This document shows positions 1 to 12,469 of a DNA stretch of 64,000 nucleotides, in pieces. A program made the position numbers and the translations under genes. A model generated the notes under the pieces. That model made no database searches. It had not been told where the DNA came from and saw nothing but the letters and a program-made list of their open reading frames with translations. This DNA is from the human T2T-CHM13v2.0 reference genome, Homo sapiens. The stretch lies in the NCBI RefSeq assembly GCF_009914755.1, contig NC_060937.1; one strand, written 5' to 3'. Numbering within the stretch: position 1 is the first letter of the stretch; every line of letters begins with the position of its first letter.

Positions 1-2567
1 TCTACAAGGCTAGTATTACCCTGATACCAAGACCAGACAAAGACACATTAAAAAAAAAGAAAACTGCAGGCCAATATCTCTGATGAATATTGAGACAAAA
101 ATCCCCAACAAAATATGAGCAAACTGAATTAAATGATACATTAGAAAGGTCATTCATCATGACCATGTTGGATTTATCCCTGCAATGCAAGGATGGTTCA
201 ACATACACAAATCAATCAGTGTGATACATCATATAAACTAAAGGGTTAAACCATGCTAAAGGGTAAAAACCATATGATCACTTCAATTGATTCTGAAAAA
301 GTATTTAATAAAATTCAACATCCTTCATGATAAAAACTCTCAAAAAACTGCATATAGAAACAATATACCTTCACATGATAAAAGCAATATATGACAAACC
401 CACATCTAGTATCATAGAAATGGGGAAGAATTGAAAGTGTTTCTACTAAGATCTGGAACATGACAAGGATGCCCGCTTTCATAACTCTTATTCAACATAG
501 TACCTAAAGATTCCACCATAAAACTATTAGAATTGATAAACAAATTCAATAAACTTGCAAGATACAAAATTAATGTACAAAAATTGGTAGCATTTCTATA
601 TGCCAACAGTAAACAATCTGACAAAGAAATAAAAAGTAATCCCATTTACAATAGCCACACATAAAAATAAATACCTATGAAATAACCAAGGAAATGAAAG
701 ATCTCTACAATTTAGACTATAAAACACTGATGAAAAAAATTAAAAAGGACACCAAAAATGGACAGATATTTCATTTTCATGGATTGGAAGAATCAATACT
801 GGTAAAATGTTCATACTACCCAAAGAAATCTAAAAATTCAATGCAATCTCTTTCAAAATACCAATGACATTCTTCACAGAAACTGAAAAAATATTCTAAA
901 ATGTATATGCAACCACAAAGACCCAGAATCGCCAAAGCTATCCTAAGCAAAAATAACAGAACTGGAGGAATCATATTACTGACTTTGAATTATACTATAA
1001 TGCTATAGTAACCAAAACAACATGATTTTGGCATAAAAACAGACACTTAAACAAATGGAATAGAATAGAGATCACAGTAACAAATCTACACACCCACAGT
1101 GAACTAATTTCTAACAAAGATGCCAAAAACACACACTGGAGAAAGGACAGTCTTTTCAATAATGATACTGGGAAACTGGATATCCATATGCAGAATAATG
1201 AAACTAGATCTTTAAATCTCATCATATACAAAAATCAAATCAAAGTGGCTTAAAAATTTAAATCTGAGACCTCAAACTATAAAACCACTGCAAGAAAACT
1301 TTGGAGAAACGCTTCAGAACACTGGTCTGGGAAAAAAGGTTTTGAGTAATACCCCGCAAGCATAGACAACCAAAGCAGAAATGGACAAATGGGATCACAT
1401 CAAGTTAAAAAGTTTCTGCACAGCAAAAGAAACAATCAACAAAGTAAAAAGGCAACCCATAGAATGGGAGAAAATATCTTCAAACTACCCATCTGACAAG
1501 GGTTCAATAATTAGTATATATAAGAAGTTCAAACAACTCTATAGGTAAAAATCTAATAATCTGATCAAAAACAGGCAAAAGATTTGAATAGATATTTCTC
1601 AGAAGAAGACATACAAATGGAAAATAGGCACACAAGAAGGTGCCCAACATTATTGACCATAAGAGAAATGCAAATCAAAACTACAATGAGATATCTCCTC
1701 ACCCCAGTTAAAATGGCTTCTATTCAAAAGGCAGACAATAACAAATGCTAGAGAAGATATGGAGAAAGGGGAACCCTCATACATTGTGGGTGGGAATGTA
1801 CATTAATACAACCACAATGAAAAACAGTTTGGAGATGCCTCAAACAACTAAAAATGGAGCTGCTGTATGATCCAGCAATTCCAGCAATCCCACTGCAGGG
1901 TATATACCCAAAATAAAACGTATCAGTATATCGAAGGGATATCTACACTCCCATGTTTGTCTTAGTACTTTTCACAATAGTCAAAATTTGTAAGCAACCT
2001 AAGTATCCGTCAACAGATGAATGGATAAAGAAAATGTGGTACATATAAACAATGAAGTACTATTCAGCTATAAAAAAGAATGAGATCCTGTTACTTACAA
2101 CAACATGGATGGAACTGGAGGTATTATGTTAAGTGAACACACAGAGAGACAGCACAGAAAGACAAGTATTATATGTTCTTACTTATTTGTGGGATATAAA
2201 AATCAAAACAATTGAACACATGGAGATAAAGAGTAGAAGGATGATTACCAGAGGCTGGTATGGGTAATGGGGGTTGAGAGGGAGTGGGGACAGTTAATGA
2301 GCACAAAAAATAGTTTGAAAGAATGAATAATATGTAGTATTTGATATCACAACTGTGACTAAAGTCAAACTCATTTAACTTTACATTTAAAAATAACTAA
2401 AAGGGCATAAATGGATGGTTTGTAACATAAAAGATAAATGGTCAAGTGAACAGATACCCCATTTTCCATGATGTGATTATTACTGACTGCATGCCTGCAT
2501 CAAAATATCTCTTGTACCCCATAAATACATACACCTACTATGTACACAAAAAATTAAAAATAAAAAA
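1..2567 (+). mobile_element. LINE-1 (L1MA2/L1MA3-like), degenerate ORF2 plus 3'UTR and A-rich tail; runs off the window start
   Basis: Decayed ORF2 RT and C-terminal sequence. The 3' end GTACCCCATAAATACATACACCTACTATGTACACAAAAAATTAAAAATAAAAAA is L1MA-type. It lies antisense to the host gene. Confidence 0.9.
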
Positions 2568-2579
2568 TATACAAAATGA

Positions 2580-3250
2580 ATAAATAAATCAGTTTACAGA
2601 TAGGACATGGTGAAAAAAGAGGATTCATAAATGGGAAGAGAGCTGTAAATAAAATATACAGATTACAACACAGAGAACAAAAATAAATGGAAAAAGCATT
2701 AAAAGAAAAAGTACAGTTTACTAGAACATGACATAGTGTGAAAAGCTACATACATCTTTATTTGGAGGTCTTAAGAAGGAAAAAATGAAGGTCAAAGCTA
2801 TATCTAAAGAGATAGTGACCAAAATTTTTCTGAAAGTAATGAAAGACAGGAAGCCATGCTTTGAAAATGGTCCAAATGTCAAACAGCAGAAATAAAAGGA
2901 CACCATCTAGACACATAATTGGATGACTGCTGATAATAAAAGAGTAAGAGAAAACATAAAAACAGCAAAAAGAAAACACACATTAACCTCAAAGAGCATC
3001 ATCAGACTCACAGCTGACTTTTCAACAGAAATGGTAGAAGTTGAAAGTCAATTTAACAGCATTTTGAAAGTACCGAAATGAAATGAATTTCCAACCTAGA
3101 ATACTCTAGCTAATGAAAGTAACTTTAAAAGTGAGGTTAAAACAAAAACATTTCAATCACACAAAAATAAAAAATTCATAGTCAACATACAATGAAATGT
3201 GTACTAAAGAGAACTCTTAATCTGTCAAGATACATGTTGGTACTAGAAGG
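2580..3250 (+). mobile_element. Old LINE-1 (L1M) ORF1-region fragment
   Basis: ATCAGACTCACAGCTGACTTTTCAACAGAAA...CCAACCTAGAATACTCTA resembles the conserved L1 ORF1 C-terminal region. Boundaries approximate. Confidence 0.65.
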
Positions 3251-6220
3251 AATAGATGTCATCTAGAAAAACATCTGTGATATCTGTGATTATAAAAATT
3301 AAAAATAAAACTAAAATAGAAAATAAAACATACTAATCATTACTTCTGAAAAAATAAAAAATCATCTATCCAGCTCAGGCTCCCCACCCCCACCTCCATG
3401 CACATGTGTTGGTGCATAGAAATTATATATTTTAAAAGATAAACATACCATCCTCCGATGTATTTCAACTTACTTTAGGGTAAGAAGACAAAAATAGCTC
3501 ATCAAACATATGGATAAATATTTTGCATTGTTTTGTGTTACACTTATATTTCTGGTAACTAGCAAACACTTTCAAAATACCATACTGGTAAGAGTTTAGG
3601 AAAATGAACTGAAAGTACTTATTGCATAAATTAAAATTAAAATGTTAAACTGTTTTTAAAATAAGCTATTAACAATGATTAACAACATCAGTAATATATC
3701 AAGTATTTTGTTATTTTAGACAGGACATTTGAAAATATTCATATGGTGAATATTTTTAATATTTTTCTTTAGGATTATATTGAGCACTCATTTTAGTGTA
3801 AAACACTCAACCCCACCACGAATCATGTAATGATATTATCTTCATAATGCCATAGAGAGAACAATAGATCATTTTTCTGAAGCACAACAGACTAAATTCA
3901 ATGTGCCTTTTCTGTACACAAAGGAACAATGTAATAACCTGAAATCTCCTTTCTTAAAACCTTTTTGTTTAAGCCTTTCTTCATATAAAATTTTCTTACA
4001 TAGACTAGGAAGAAATGTCTATGTCCAACCTATGGAGAACAAATAAATCAGTAATTGGATTTCATCAGAAGGCATAATTCAATCAAGGTTATAATTCCAT
4101 CTCACTATGAAAACATAATCTTACCACAATTTTATAAATGTGCATAAATATGGATTTTCACCATATGCACCACCTACATATGGAAGTACCCTACTATGGT
4201 TGAGGCAGCAGGGAATGTGAATTCATATACGGCAGCTCCTCTGTCATAAGCCTCCAATCCTAGATCCAATTAGACAATTGAAAATTCCCATTTGTAGGAC
4301 TAATGGAGTGCTAGCAGCGTATAATATTGAAGAAACAAAGGGTATGTGAAACGCTTTGAGCAGTCGCTGTCTTCGGTTTACTTATGTATCTATTTCATTA
4401 TATTTAAAGTAATCCAGATGAATTTCAGGCAGAACCTGAAACACTTCTAAAATAAATTGAATTCCAGTGTATTTTATGAGTAGAGTCTCATTAATCACAT
4501 TAAATATTTGACAATAATCCTTTTATATATCAAAGATGAAAAGATCTCATTGTGACTCTCAAAACCAGAAGCATTATAAGAAAGTAGATTATCTTTTAAA
4601 AAACTTCATTTAGATAAACTGAAATGATTTAGGTTATATGCTTCAGATATACTAAGTTATTCAAAAATTGATCATTGCAAGTGTTCAATTTGTTTACTTT
4701 TTCTCAATTGGGTTGTATATTTACTTTGTAGATATTTACATTTTTAAAAAAATCAGAGGCTAAAATGTTTAATTTAAAAACAGATCTTCTGCATTTGATG
4801 TTGCCAATAATTATTGCCATTAACTATTAATCTAAAAATGGGCAATTTTCATTTTTTAATTATATACAATATTTCAATTACAGCAATGTAGTAACTGATA
4901 AGAAAGTACTTAAGTATACCAGCAAGTTCTGCTTTAAGTTCTGGTTTTAGTGGTTCATTGCTAAATACAATAGAATGCAAAGCAGTTCTTATTCTTCAGG
5001 TTAAAATTGTTGACATTTTTATATGATGGAAAAATATTTATCATAAATACTGTTATAATGAAATGTTATTTATTAAAGCTTCTTTTATTCATGAAAGGGC
5101 AAAATCATTTGCTGGTTCACTTTGTTCCAAGAACGTGCTGGAGTGCTAAATAAAAATGTGCAGTTCAGCTCCAAGTAGCTTGCACATTACAAATCAAAAT
5201 GTTAAGCTGTGAGGTTAAAATGAACCAGATAAGCAAATAACGCTTTCCCCAGTGCCAGCATCTCTTTTTATACAGCACATGCAGAAGGACATATCTTTAA
5301 ATGTTCTTTATCCTTTATTTTAGAGGCTCTCAGATGCTTAGAGGTAGGCACTCTAATTATTTTGCATGATAACCCTCAGAAAGCAAAACATTCTGGTACC
5401 ATTGGTAGACCTAGGAATGCAGGTTCCAATAATGGTTTTTTTTAAAAAGGAGGAATGTATCTAGTCCAGTCCCTTCTTCATTTTCAAGATTAAAGGCCAT
5501 GAGAAAGGTAGTCTATTTCTAGGCTTTCGATAGACGTAGCTGTAGACAGAGGAGCCCACAAGAAAACACTAACAGTGGGCCCTGAGTACTCCTAGATTTC
5601 TCTAAATTTGATCTGACCTTCTAAGAATCTCTTAAGCCAAGGTCTCTACTGTCTCTAGAGAAAGGGGTAGGGTGGTGAGAATCCAGGTCATTATATCCCT
5701 AACTATAAAAGTGCCTTCTTAGGTTTGCTTCATTGGTTCCATGTGGGGTAGGGTAACATGTGACTGTAACACCAAAAATCCAACCAGACTTTGGAAAACA
5801 ACTTACCTCTTACAATACATAGCCTGTGAATGGTAATTTGGTAATATCTATGTATAAAAGGAAAACACTGTTTTTAATAGTGTCAATAATGCTATTTAAA
5901 TTTAACACGGATTTACAGTAAAAAAACTTAAGTCCTACTCTTACGGAAAACAGTAATTAGTGGCAAAAAGGATATATTTAGATTGATTCCACCATGGCCC
6001 AAAGTTTTTGTTTTGTTTTGTTTTGTCTTTTAAATGTCAAGTATAGACTCTACTCATTGTAATATAATTTATGTTATTTATTTAATGAGTTCAGAGTTGT
6101 CATGGGAAAGGATCAGGAGAAAATAAGGTTGCCAAATATGTTTTAGATAATACAGGACACTGGAGTGTGATAAGAGGCTTATGAACAAACTTTGCTTAAA
6201 ATATTAAAGAAAAAGGAAAA

Positions 6221-6290
6221 TATGTCTTGTTCATCTCTGTATCCTCAGAATCTAGCAGAGTGACTGTTATGTATTAAGACCTCAGTAAAG
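6221..6290 (+). mobile_element. L2 3'-end fragment
   Basis: TGTCTTGTTCATCTCTGTATCCTCAGAATCTAGCAGAGTG...CTCAGTAAA resembles the L2 terminus. Confidence 0.55.
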
Positions 6291-6327
6291 TGTGTGCTCG
6301 TGTGTGTGTGTATGTGTGCGTATGTGT
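6290..6327. repeat. Imperfect (TG)n microsatellite
   Basis: Directly visible. Confidence 0.85.
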
Positions 6328-6342
6328 AGACAGAGAAATACA

Positions 6343-6671
6343 CAGTCACGCATCACATAACAACATTTTGGGCAACAATGAACTATATACATGACGGTGG
6401 GCCCATAAGATTATAATACTGTATTTTTACTGTACTTTTTCTATGTTTAAATACACAAATACCTACCATTGTATATTTACAATTGCCCACAGTATTCACT
6501 ACAGTAGCATGCTACACAGGTTTGTAGCCTAGGAGAAATAGGCTATTCCATATAGCCTAGGTATGTAGTAAGCTCTACCATCTAGGTTTGTGTAAGTACA
6601 CTCCATGATGTTCGTGCAATGATGAAATTGCCTAATGATGCCTTTCTCAGGACGTATTTGATGTATGACTG
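6343..6671 (+). mobile_element. Tigger3a (MER7A) TcMar-Tigger MITE
   Basis: Terminal inverted ends CAGTCACGC...ATGACTG. The internal CCCATAAGATTATAATACTGTATTTTTACTGTAC and GTAGCCTAGG blocks match the recalled consensus. Confidence 0.88.
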
Positions 6672-8262
6672 CATGATCATATAGAAAGATTTAGGGGGCC
6701 TACTTACAAACATACTTTTAAATAAGATGATCTTCCAAGTCATTCATTGCAAATCTAACCATTTTATAGGGACACTGACATATTCAAAAACAAATACTGT
6801 GGTCCTTTATGGGTTACTCTATACTATTTGATAATAATTTGTGTCTCACACTCAAGCAGTCTCCCACTCTTTATTACTTGTTATTTACTGTTATTACATA
6901 TATGTTTGTGTGTTTACACATATATACTTATATGTATGTTGTATACACATATATATTATATTCCTGTACATATTGGGCTCTAGATAAAATTAAAGAAGAC
7001 CCAACTCTGCTTGTCAAACTGCAACTACCACAAAAGAGCATTCATTTAAAGTGTGACCTCAGTGTGATTCAGGGCATGCAGCTTCACTTTACCTTAGAAT
7101 GAAAGGGATCTTTACATAAAAAGAAACTCATGCTGTCATAAATGATGGAGATGATTGTACATAAATCATGATAGATTCTCTGTTCTTCACTCCATGTACA
7201 CTATGCCTGTCCTCTCATCCCTCCATTGTGTTTTTGGAGATTCATATTGGTGTATGATCAGCTACTTGAATGAACAGTGTGTTAAAGAGGTTGAGCATAG
7301 CAGCTGATGACAGACCAATTCAATCATCTATGCATTCATTTATTTCACTCATCTATTCAAAAAGCACATAGTCAGCACTATTATACTAATTCTGTGAAAA
7401 TAAAAATTACAATGTGTTATGAACTATGATCCCGGTATGCAAATTGTGTTACTTCTCCACTATCATTTAGAGATGAAATGCATTAAAAATGTGGCAGAGT
7501 ATCTGAACACTTTTCATAATCTGATTTGTAAAAACTCTATTGTCAATGAAGTAGAATGAAAATAATTTAAAACAAATCCCTCATGCCACCCACAATGGAA
7601 CATCATGTATTGTCAAGTCTTTGAAATGCACTCTCAACTTACTTTCCAAATATCACTCCAAAGAAGTCTCTGGCTTTCTTTAGTTCAGTAAGCATTCCTG
7701 AGAAACACTTGTATCTGTCCTCTTTCAACTCTAACTACTCCTCTCATAGTGTAATGGAACAAAAGCCCTCCTTTAAGAATTCTGGCACAGTACCACTTAA
7801 ACTGAAACACATTAATAACTGGTTATATAAATCCTATAAAAATGAGCATTATAGAGTAAGTAGCTGACTGAAAGTTAAGTTTATTGAATAATGGTGGGTA
7901 AATTATTTTTGTAACATAAGAAATAATATGGTACTCAATATATTGTATAAGTGCAACATTATCACAATTGGCATCATTATATAAAAATATGCTAAAAGTT
8001 TAGCCAAGTACAATATTATGAAAGTATAAAATACATTAATTATGTCAATTATGAAGCATAGTATTTATGGCACTCTAATTCAGTTACAAACTCACACAGT
8101 TTTGAAAATCCTCCGGTTTTCTTTAAAAAGTTTACTGTCTAGATCTGGAGACAGATCTTTGCCAGCCTGCAAGACAGAATATAACAAGCTCTTTGCTTGT
8201 ATTTATACTTGGGACATCTGGAGAAATGAAGGAAACTTTCAAGGATACGGTCATATTGGATT

Positions 8263-8304
8263 TAACTAGGCACAAACTAGGCACTAACTAGGCACTAACT
8301 AGGC
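8263..8304. repeat. 11-bp tandem repeat (TAACTAGGCAC)x~3.8
   Basis: Directly visible. Confidence 0.9.
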
Positions 8305-9254
8305 TTTAGTGCCTGCAGAATATTTTTACAGAAACAAAAAGGTAGAAGTTATTCTAGACAGAGGGAGCTTTGCCAGGAAATGCAACAAAAATGAAAAGCT
8401 TACGCATGTGCCATTCATCTATTGATTCAATTATTCATTTACTAATATTCAACAAATATCTACTGAATGGATAAGATTTTAGTGATAATTTTTGTAATGG
8501 TAGTACATATATTCAAAGAAAGTATTCCTTCAACCTCAATGTCAATAGGTTTTGGACACAATCCTGTCAGCGCAAATGCATATATATGTTTAGTAAATAT
8601 CATGACAAATTCAGCTAATCGATGTCTTTTGGGATGCATGAATGAGAGCTCCTCTCAAATACCAAGGGACATTAAAATAATTGGAAAATTAAAATTTCAG
8701 GGAAAACTAAAACAAATACACTTGTCTAGAAATTTTACATAACATTGATAAGATGTAGTATAAACCTAACATGGCCTAGCATGACCTTTTTTTTAATAAA
8801 GACATTTTATTACCAGCTTACAGATGGTCAAAAGGTTAGCATGATAACTTTTTATTTATAAATTATAAGCTCATGAGTATTTCTAAAAAATTATAATCTT
8901 GAACTTTGTTCATAAAAACAAACTTTTTTTTTCTTTTTACATGTATTAGATTTATATTTAAGAATAAGAAAGGAAGTCATTTTGAGATCATCCTGCTCAA
9001 GATAAGTAGCTTATCTCTTGCTCTGCTTCAAAACTGATGGAACTTTAACAGACTATTGTTTCAAATTCTATCCCCATGATGGGGACAGTTGTTTATATTC
9101 CAATGTTATAATATTTTTAAAATTCAAGAAACAAATAGCTGAAAAAATGAATTTATGAAACTTGTTAAAAGATTATTGATTGTATTTTAGAAACCACAGG
9201 AATTAAGTAAAAAGAGTGTAGTCTTTACCATCAGGTAGACGTAGTACCTGATAC

Positions 9255-9450
9255 TAAAATTTGATATACTTCAAATCCTGCCTTCCCACAAAGCAATTTT
9301 GTGATTTTCATAAATTTCATCTTTCTCAGGTTGTTAAAATGTGATAATACTTCAGTTTCAAGGTAGATGTTAAGATAACAATGAAAAATAGCTTTCTTTT
9401 TCAAAGTTTCTCACATAGTGCCAAGTGTACATTAAATTCTCATAAATATT
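9255..9450 (+). mobile_element. MIR SINE, degraded
   Basis: TTCAAATCCTGCC...TGTGATTTT...AAAATGTGATAATAC...CACATAGTGCCAAG...CTCATAAATATT. Confidence 0.5.
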
Positions 9451-12256
9451 GGCCCATTTTCCCTCTTTTCTTTTTTCACAATAGGTCCTGTTTCAGGTAA
9501 ATTTGAACTCTTGATAGTATTTGCTTGAAGTAATTTTTCAACATATTTCAAAATCTAACAGCAAACCACAGACAGAATATAATTAATGAATATCTGATTC
9601 ATTTAATTTCACTGTCATTTCTCAAAAAGAATGCAGTGTGCTAGATAAAGCTATCAAGGCATATTTTTAAATTAATGTTTTAATTAACATTTCTAATTTT
9701 ATATGTAACACTGTGTCCATGTGTCACTTAGTGTCTCTCAAGAAGTCATTATTCTATGACACTGCTATATTTTTAAAAAGAGAGATAAAACATACACTAA
9801 TATTAATAGGATATTACATACAGTTTAGTTACAATAGTAGATCAAGTTCTGAAACTATTTCTTTCTTATTCTATTAAAATTAAACAACTTTCAGGAGGGT
9901 CACTTAGATTTTTTAAACATTTAAATACAGCACTTAATTTGCTAAATAGTTCATGAAACCACAAGGTTTTGAATTAATACATTTTCAATGCACATGCCTT
10001 TAATTTTCAGTTTCCCAAATAAATGGTGTCTTTCCCTAAATGCATTTTTTGCATCATAAAGTTATTTTGGTAATACTAATGTTCTCAAAAATTAGGTCTA
10101 TATTTGTGCTGATTAAAAAGACACAGCCATGATATTATATCCCTGATCAAAATATTCTCAAATCTCTTAAAATATTGCGGGGTCAATGCCTCTGGAAGGG
10201 TGAGAAATAGAAAACATGAGTAGTGAGATAGTTCTAAATCAACTCTTCATTATAACTAGATAGAAACAAATTCCCAATTAAATTTGGGTTGAGTCGAACC
10301 AGTTTTAATGTTTATTTTTTTGGGGGGGGGGGCGGGTATAGGGTATAAATTAGGTGAAAAGGCAAAGTTTTTATTTTGAGCTGTCTCCTCAACCTCATTT
10401 TTAATGAGAACCAAATAATCATGGTGGGGTTTCCATAGGCATTAAAGAGGTCAATAACACTGGTTCCAATTGAGTCTAGGCAATTCAATTTCTAAAGTCA
10501 AAGTGCACATTAGAATTTGATTTCATAAGCTATATGGCAATGATGGTTTTGGAAAAAGGAAAATTTAATAGTTTATTGTATTTTCCCTTTACCTGACATT
10601 ATTTTCAAAAATACAACAATCATATTTTCATAAAATATTCAGTCCCTAATTTTATAGTTCTAGCTACTGCTTAGTATTTCTCATATATCTATCTTTACTT
10701 ACATATCTATACTAACTTTAAGCACTGATAGTTACAATACTTACTATTGAACAAATGTGTGCATATTTTTATTTTTGTTCCAATATATGCATCGATCAGA
10801 AAAGAGAAATTATTTCAGTTTTCAGCTGCTAACTATAATGCTGATCATCTGAATTGCTATAAATAATCCTGGCAATTAAACATGCAGGTATAAAAATAAA
10901 ACAGACTATTTCCAAAAATATACACTTAAAAGTAGTTTTAATTCAGTGGGGTTAAAATCAGTGCATCTTAAAGGGGTTATTATATTTCAATACAAATGTA
11001 ATTGTCTTTATCACAGGGTATGCTGATAGCATTTGACTAGATGATCAGATGTTTATAACTTTGAAATCATAAAAGAAAAATTAAAAATAATGATTGTCAT
11101 TGTTTCTATCTTTCATCTACAGTTCAGAAACAGCAATTTTTCTAAGCTTAGTTATTACAGTGAAGTTTATAACAACATCTAGTTCACAAAAATATTGATA
11201 GACACAGCCATCCAAATATTGAAAAATAGCCAATCTAACTTCCAGATTCCTTACCAATTAAAATGATGTAATAGTTTATAAACATAAGTTGTTGTTTTTT
11301 AATATTTATTTAGCTTTGGATTCCTAAATGAGGATGTTGAAACAGGTAACTTTTCAGTCCTATAGATGGCTGTAGTTCTCCATGGAGCATAAGTTAGAAA
11401 GTTAGTTTGAAATGTGTGTATAGAATAAGACATTAAAATTTCCTCTAATGAGAAAGAATATAAAGATTGCTTCTGTTATTTCCTATTAATACACAGTATG
11501 AATCGATTAAGGTTATTTTATGTGAAAAGTTATTTGGTCTCTTACTGGTCTAATAATTAAAATAGCTATAAAATTCAAAGAGAACTTTAACTCTGTCATA
11601 GACTTTTTAATGCAGTTTTATCTTGACCTTTTGGAAATAAGTGCAACAGAAAAATAAATAATATAACCATTACAAAATTTTAAAGGTTATAAGTAATGAA
11701 AATCTATTCCAACTCATATATCTTTCAGAATGACCAGTGAGCAAGTAAATTGAAATTGATCTTATTGTTTTTTTTTCCCCCCTTAAACATTTAAGGAGGA
11801 TGTTTTCTGGACAATAGTGTCCAGGTGAATAAGAAAGTAGGCGCTACAAATGTAACTTTAAATAGCAAACCCAACACAATGATGAAGATTTCAACATTTT
11901 AACATCTCCACCCACTCTTACTCTCAATGTCTAATTTAGAGTTTTACCAAAAACACCCCAAACCAAAAAACCCTCCAGTAAACCTTTTGCTTAAAGAATT
12001 TGTAATATTCTTTGTGCTGTGATTATGTACTGTGAAAGGAAAGGCAGAAATTATATGAGCTCTGAGAGGCGGTGTTTTATTAAAACTGAAAAAGTTTTAC
12101 AAGTCTGTCTATTTTTTTTTTTTAATAAAACAACTAAAGCTTCCTTCTGTCTCTTCCTACTCCTTTGGCTTGGTGCTTACTCCTTAAGCAACTTGCTGCA
12201 TTTTATAGCTATGGAATTTCACTGGGAAGGGCCTCTCTAAGAAGCCATGTGAACAG

Positions 12257-12284
12257 GGATACACCATAGTGGATACACCATAGT
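12257..12284. repeat. Perfect 14-bp tandem duplication GGATACACCATAGT x2
   Basis: Directly visible. Confidence 0.9.
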
Positions 12285-12469
12285 GAATGCAGGCAGACAA
12301 GATAAGAGATCCCTTTCCTCAGCTCTCCTAAACCCTCGATGCCTTTCCAGTATTCTCTTGTCTCTAGTCGCAAAAGACAGCTGACTTCACAGCTGGAACA
12401 ACAAGTTGTGCAGTGAATCCCAGTGATTTAACCAAGTAGCAAACCGGGTCATTGGCTTCATTGGCTTCA

